Positions 62,533 to 64,000 of a DNA stretch of 64,000 nucleotides are shown here, piece by piece. Made by a program: the position numbers and the translations under genes. Source of the DNA: Solirubrobacteraceae bacterium (GTDB taxonomy: Bacteria > Actinomycetota > Thermoleophilia > Solirubrobacterales > Solirubrobacteraceae). Each line of letters starts with the position of its first letter. Positions within the stretch are counted from its first letter, which is position 1. Below the pieces are notes generated by a model. It was not told the DNA's origin. It saw only the letters and a list, made by a program, of their open reading frames with translations, and made no database searches. Location: assembly GCA_046330255.1 (NCBI GenBank), contig JAXLTC010000001.1:743787-807786 (forward strand), given 5' to 3'.

Positions 62533-64000
62533 GTGCACGAGGTAGCGGGGTTCCTGCGCCGCCACGCGCCGTTCGACGCGCTCGAGCCGGCGGAGGTGGA
62601 GCGCATCGCGGCGGCCGCGGAGATCGAGTTCTTCGCTGCGGGCGCGGAGATCGTCCCGCCGGGGTCGGGGCCGCCGTCGCACGTGCGCGTCGTGCGGCGC
62701 GGCGCCGTTGAGCTGCTCGACTCCGACCGGGTCCTCGACCTGCTCGGCCCGGGCGACCTCGTGGGCGATCCCGTGATGCTCGCCGGCCTGCCGGCGGGGC
62801 TGGCGGCGCGCGCGAGCGAGGACACGCTCTGCTACCGGCTGGCCGCCGACGCGGCCGGCGCGGCGCGTGCGGCCTCCGCGGGCGTCGCGGGCGCCGGCGG
62901 CGATCCCGAGCCCGCCGGCGACCGCCCCGTCGGGGCGCTGCTGTCCGGGCCCGCCGTCGTCTGCTCGCCGGACACCCCGATCCGCGAGGCCGTGCGGCGG
63001 ATGGGCGCTGGGGCTTCCTCCGCCGTCGTGGTCCCCGAGCGCGACGCGCTCGGGATCCTCACCGACCGCGACCTGCGCACGCGCGTGATCGGCGGCGGGA
63101 TCGGGATCGACGCGCCGGTGTCGGCCGCGATGACCGTGCCGGCGCGGACGATCGCGGCCGACCGCCCGGCGAGCGAGGCGACCGTGGAGATGCTCGAGCG
63201 CGGCGTGCGCCACCTTCCCGTGGTCTCCGGGGACGGCGAGGTGCTCGGCGTGGTCGAGGACATCGACCTGCTCGCGCTGGACGCGCGCATGCCGTTCCGC
63301 CTGCGACGGGAGATCGAGCGCGCGGCGGACGTTGCCGGCGTCGCACGCGCGGCGGAGCGCCTGGGGCCGATGACGATCGCGCTGCACGAGGCGAGCCTCG
63401 CGCCGCTCCAGATCACGGCGGTGATCTCGGTCGTCGTCGAGGCGCTCACCTGCAGGCTGCTCGACCTCGCGGTCGCCGAGCACGGTGAGCCGGCCGCGCC
63501 GGTCACCTGGCTCGCGCTCGGCAGCCACGCCCGCCGCGAGGCCGTCCCCGGCTCGGACATCGACTGCGCGGCGGTGTGGATCGGCGACGACGAGGACCGC
63601 GCGCTGCGCGCGTCGGTGCGCGGGCTGGCCGAGCGGGTGATGGACGGCCTGCGCGCCTGCGGCCTGGCGGCCGACGATTACGGCGTGACCGCGGCCCGGC
63701 CGCTCTTCGCGCGCTCGCTGGACGCGTGGAAGGCGGCGATCCGGGACTGGATCGCGGATCCCGGCCAGGAGAAGGCGCTGGTGCTGAGCTCGATGCTCTT
63801 CGACAGCCGCGCGATCTGGGGCGACCCGCGCGGCGCCGCGCTCCACGAGGCGTTCGAGGGCATCGCGGACCACCGCGGGCTGTTGCGGCTGCAGGCGCGC
63901 TTCGCCCTCACCCACCGCCCGCCGACCGGCTTCCTGCGCGACTTCGTCGTCGAGAGCTCGGGCGAGCACGCGGGGCGATTCGATATCAAGCACGGCGGGC
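62533..64000 (+). CDS. cyclic-nucleotide-binding + tandem CBS + DUF294 nucleotidyltransferase signalling protein (3' end outside window)
   Basis: My own translation from GTG 62533: VHEVAGFLRRHAPFDAL..., a cNMP-binding fold. CBS segments (ILTDRDLRTRV, HLPVVSGDGEVLGVVEDIDLL). NTase segment (LALGSHARREAVPGSDIDCAAVW). The frame stays open to the window end. It is absent from the ORF track because it has no stop codon. Confidence 0.8.
   Translation, partial: MHEVAGFLRRHAPFDALEPAEVERIAAAAEIEFFAAGAEIVPPGSGPPSHVRVVRRGAVELLDSDRVLDLLGPGDLVGDPVMLAGLPAGLAARASEDTLCYRLAADAAGAARAASAGVAGAGGDPEPAGDRPVGALLSGPAVVCSPDTPIREAVRRMGAGASSAVVVPERDALGILTDRDLRTRVIGGGIGIDAPVSAAMTVPARTIAADRPASEATVEMLERGVRHLPVVSGDGEVLGVVEDIDLLALDARMPFRLRREIERAADVAGVARAAERLGPMTIALHEASLAPLQITAVISVVVEALTCRLLDLAVAEHGEPAAPVTWLALGSHARREAVPGSDIDCAAVWIGDDEDRALRASVRGLAERVMDGLRACGLAADDYGVTAARPLFARSLDAWKAAIRDWIADPGQEKALVLSSMLFDSRAIWGDPRGAALHEAFEGIADHRGLLRLQARFALTHRPPTGFLRDFVVESSGEHAGRFDIKHGG

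Overview
High-GC (about 72%) actinobacterium-type chromosomal window. It is densely coding, and most long ORFs in the six-frame track are GC-driven artefacts. I support about 58 CDS, all called from motifs read by eye, with no database search. They include: egtD; an SDR; WS/DGAT; DAHP synthase; a secreted GH6; acyl-CoA dehydrogenase; an NlpC/P60 hydrolase preceded by a c-di-AMP (ydaO-class) riboswitch; a carboxyltransferase; a TMEM175-like channel; csp; an orphan GspE/PilB ATPase; arfB; and a class III ADH. A complete Kdp locus has unusual architecture: KdpD is split into two genes that flank kdpE, kdpF, kdpA, kdpC and kdpB, and kdpC precedes kdpB. Further content: a tightly coupled trpB2-VOC-hyuA-hyuB operon; three secreted clan GH-A-like paralogs; glcDEF; an SGNH hydrolase; a large PQQ-type sugar dehydrogenase with PKD and three FN3 domains; a Tat-exported BBE-type FAD oxidase; a DUF853 ATPase; a sugar porter; a tocopherol-cyclase-like protein; bcp; qor; a DUF559 protein; an O-methyltransferase; a Zn peptidase; a holin-4-like/alkaline-phosphatase fusion; and a 3'-truncated cNMP/CBS/nucleotidyltransferase gene that is missing from the ORF track. 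No rRNA, tRNA, CRISPR array, transposase or integrase was found. The most unusual non-coding signal is a four-copy family of roughly 145-190-nt structured intergenic elements at about 18.8, 19.0, 20.5 and 52.1 kb. They occupy the three largest intergenic gaps and have a conserved closing helix, mutually exclusive inner helices and an AT-rich core. Other points of interest: 41-43-nt palindromic direct repeats that exactly bracket the DUF559 gene; an (RRRAAA)n tandem repeat inside the secreted GH6; a 26-codon hydrophobic micro-ORF coupled to kdpF; and a small nucleotidyltransferase two-gene module. Coordinates of non-coding features were read by eye and are accurate to about 5 nt.
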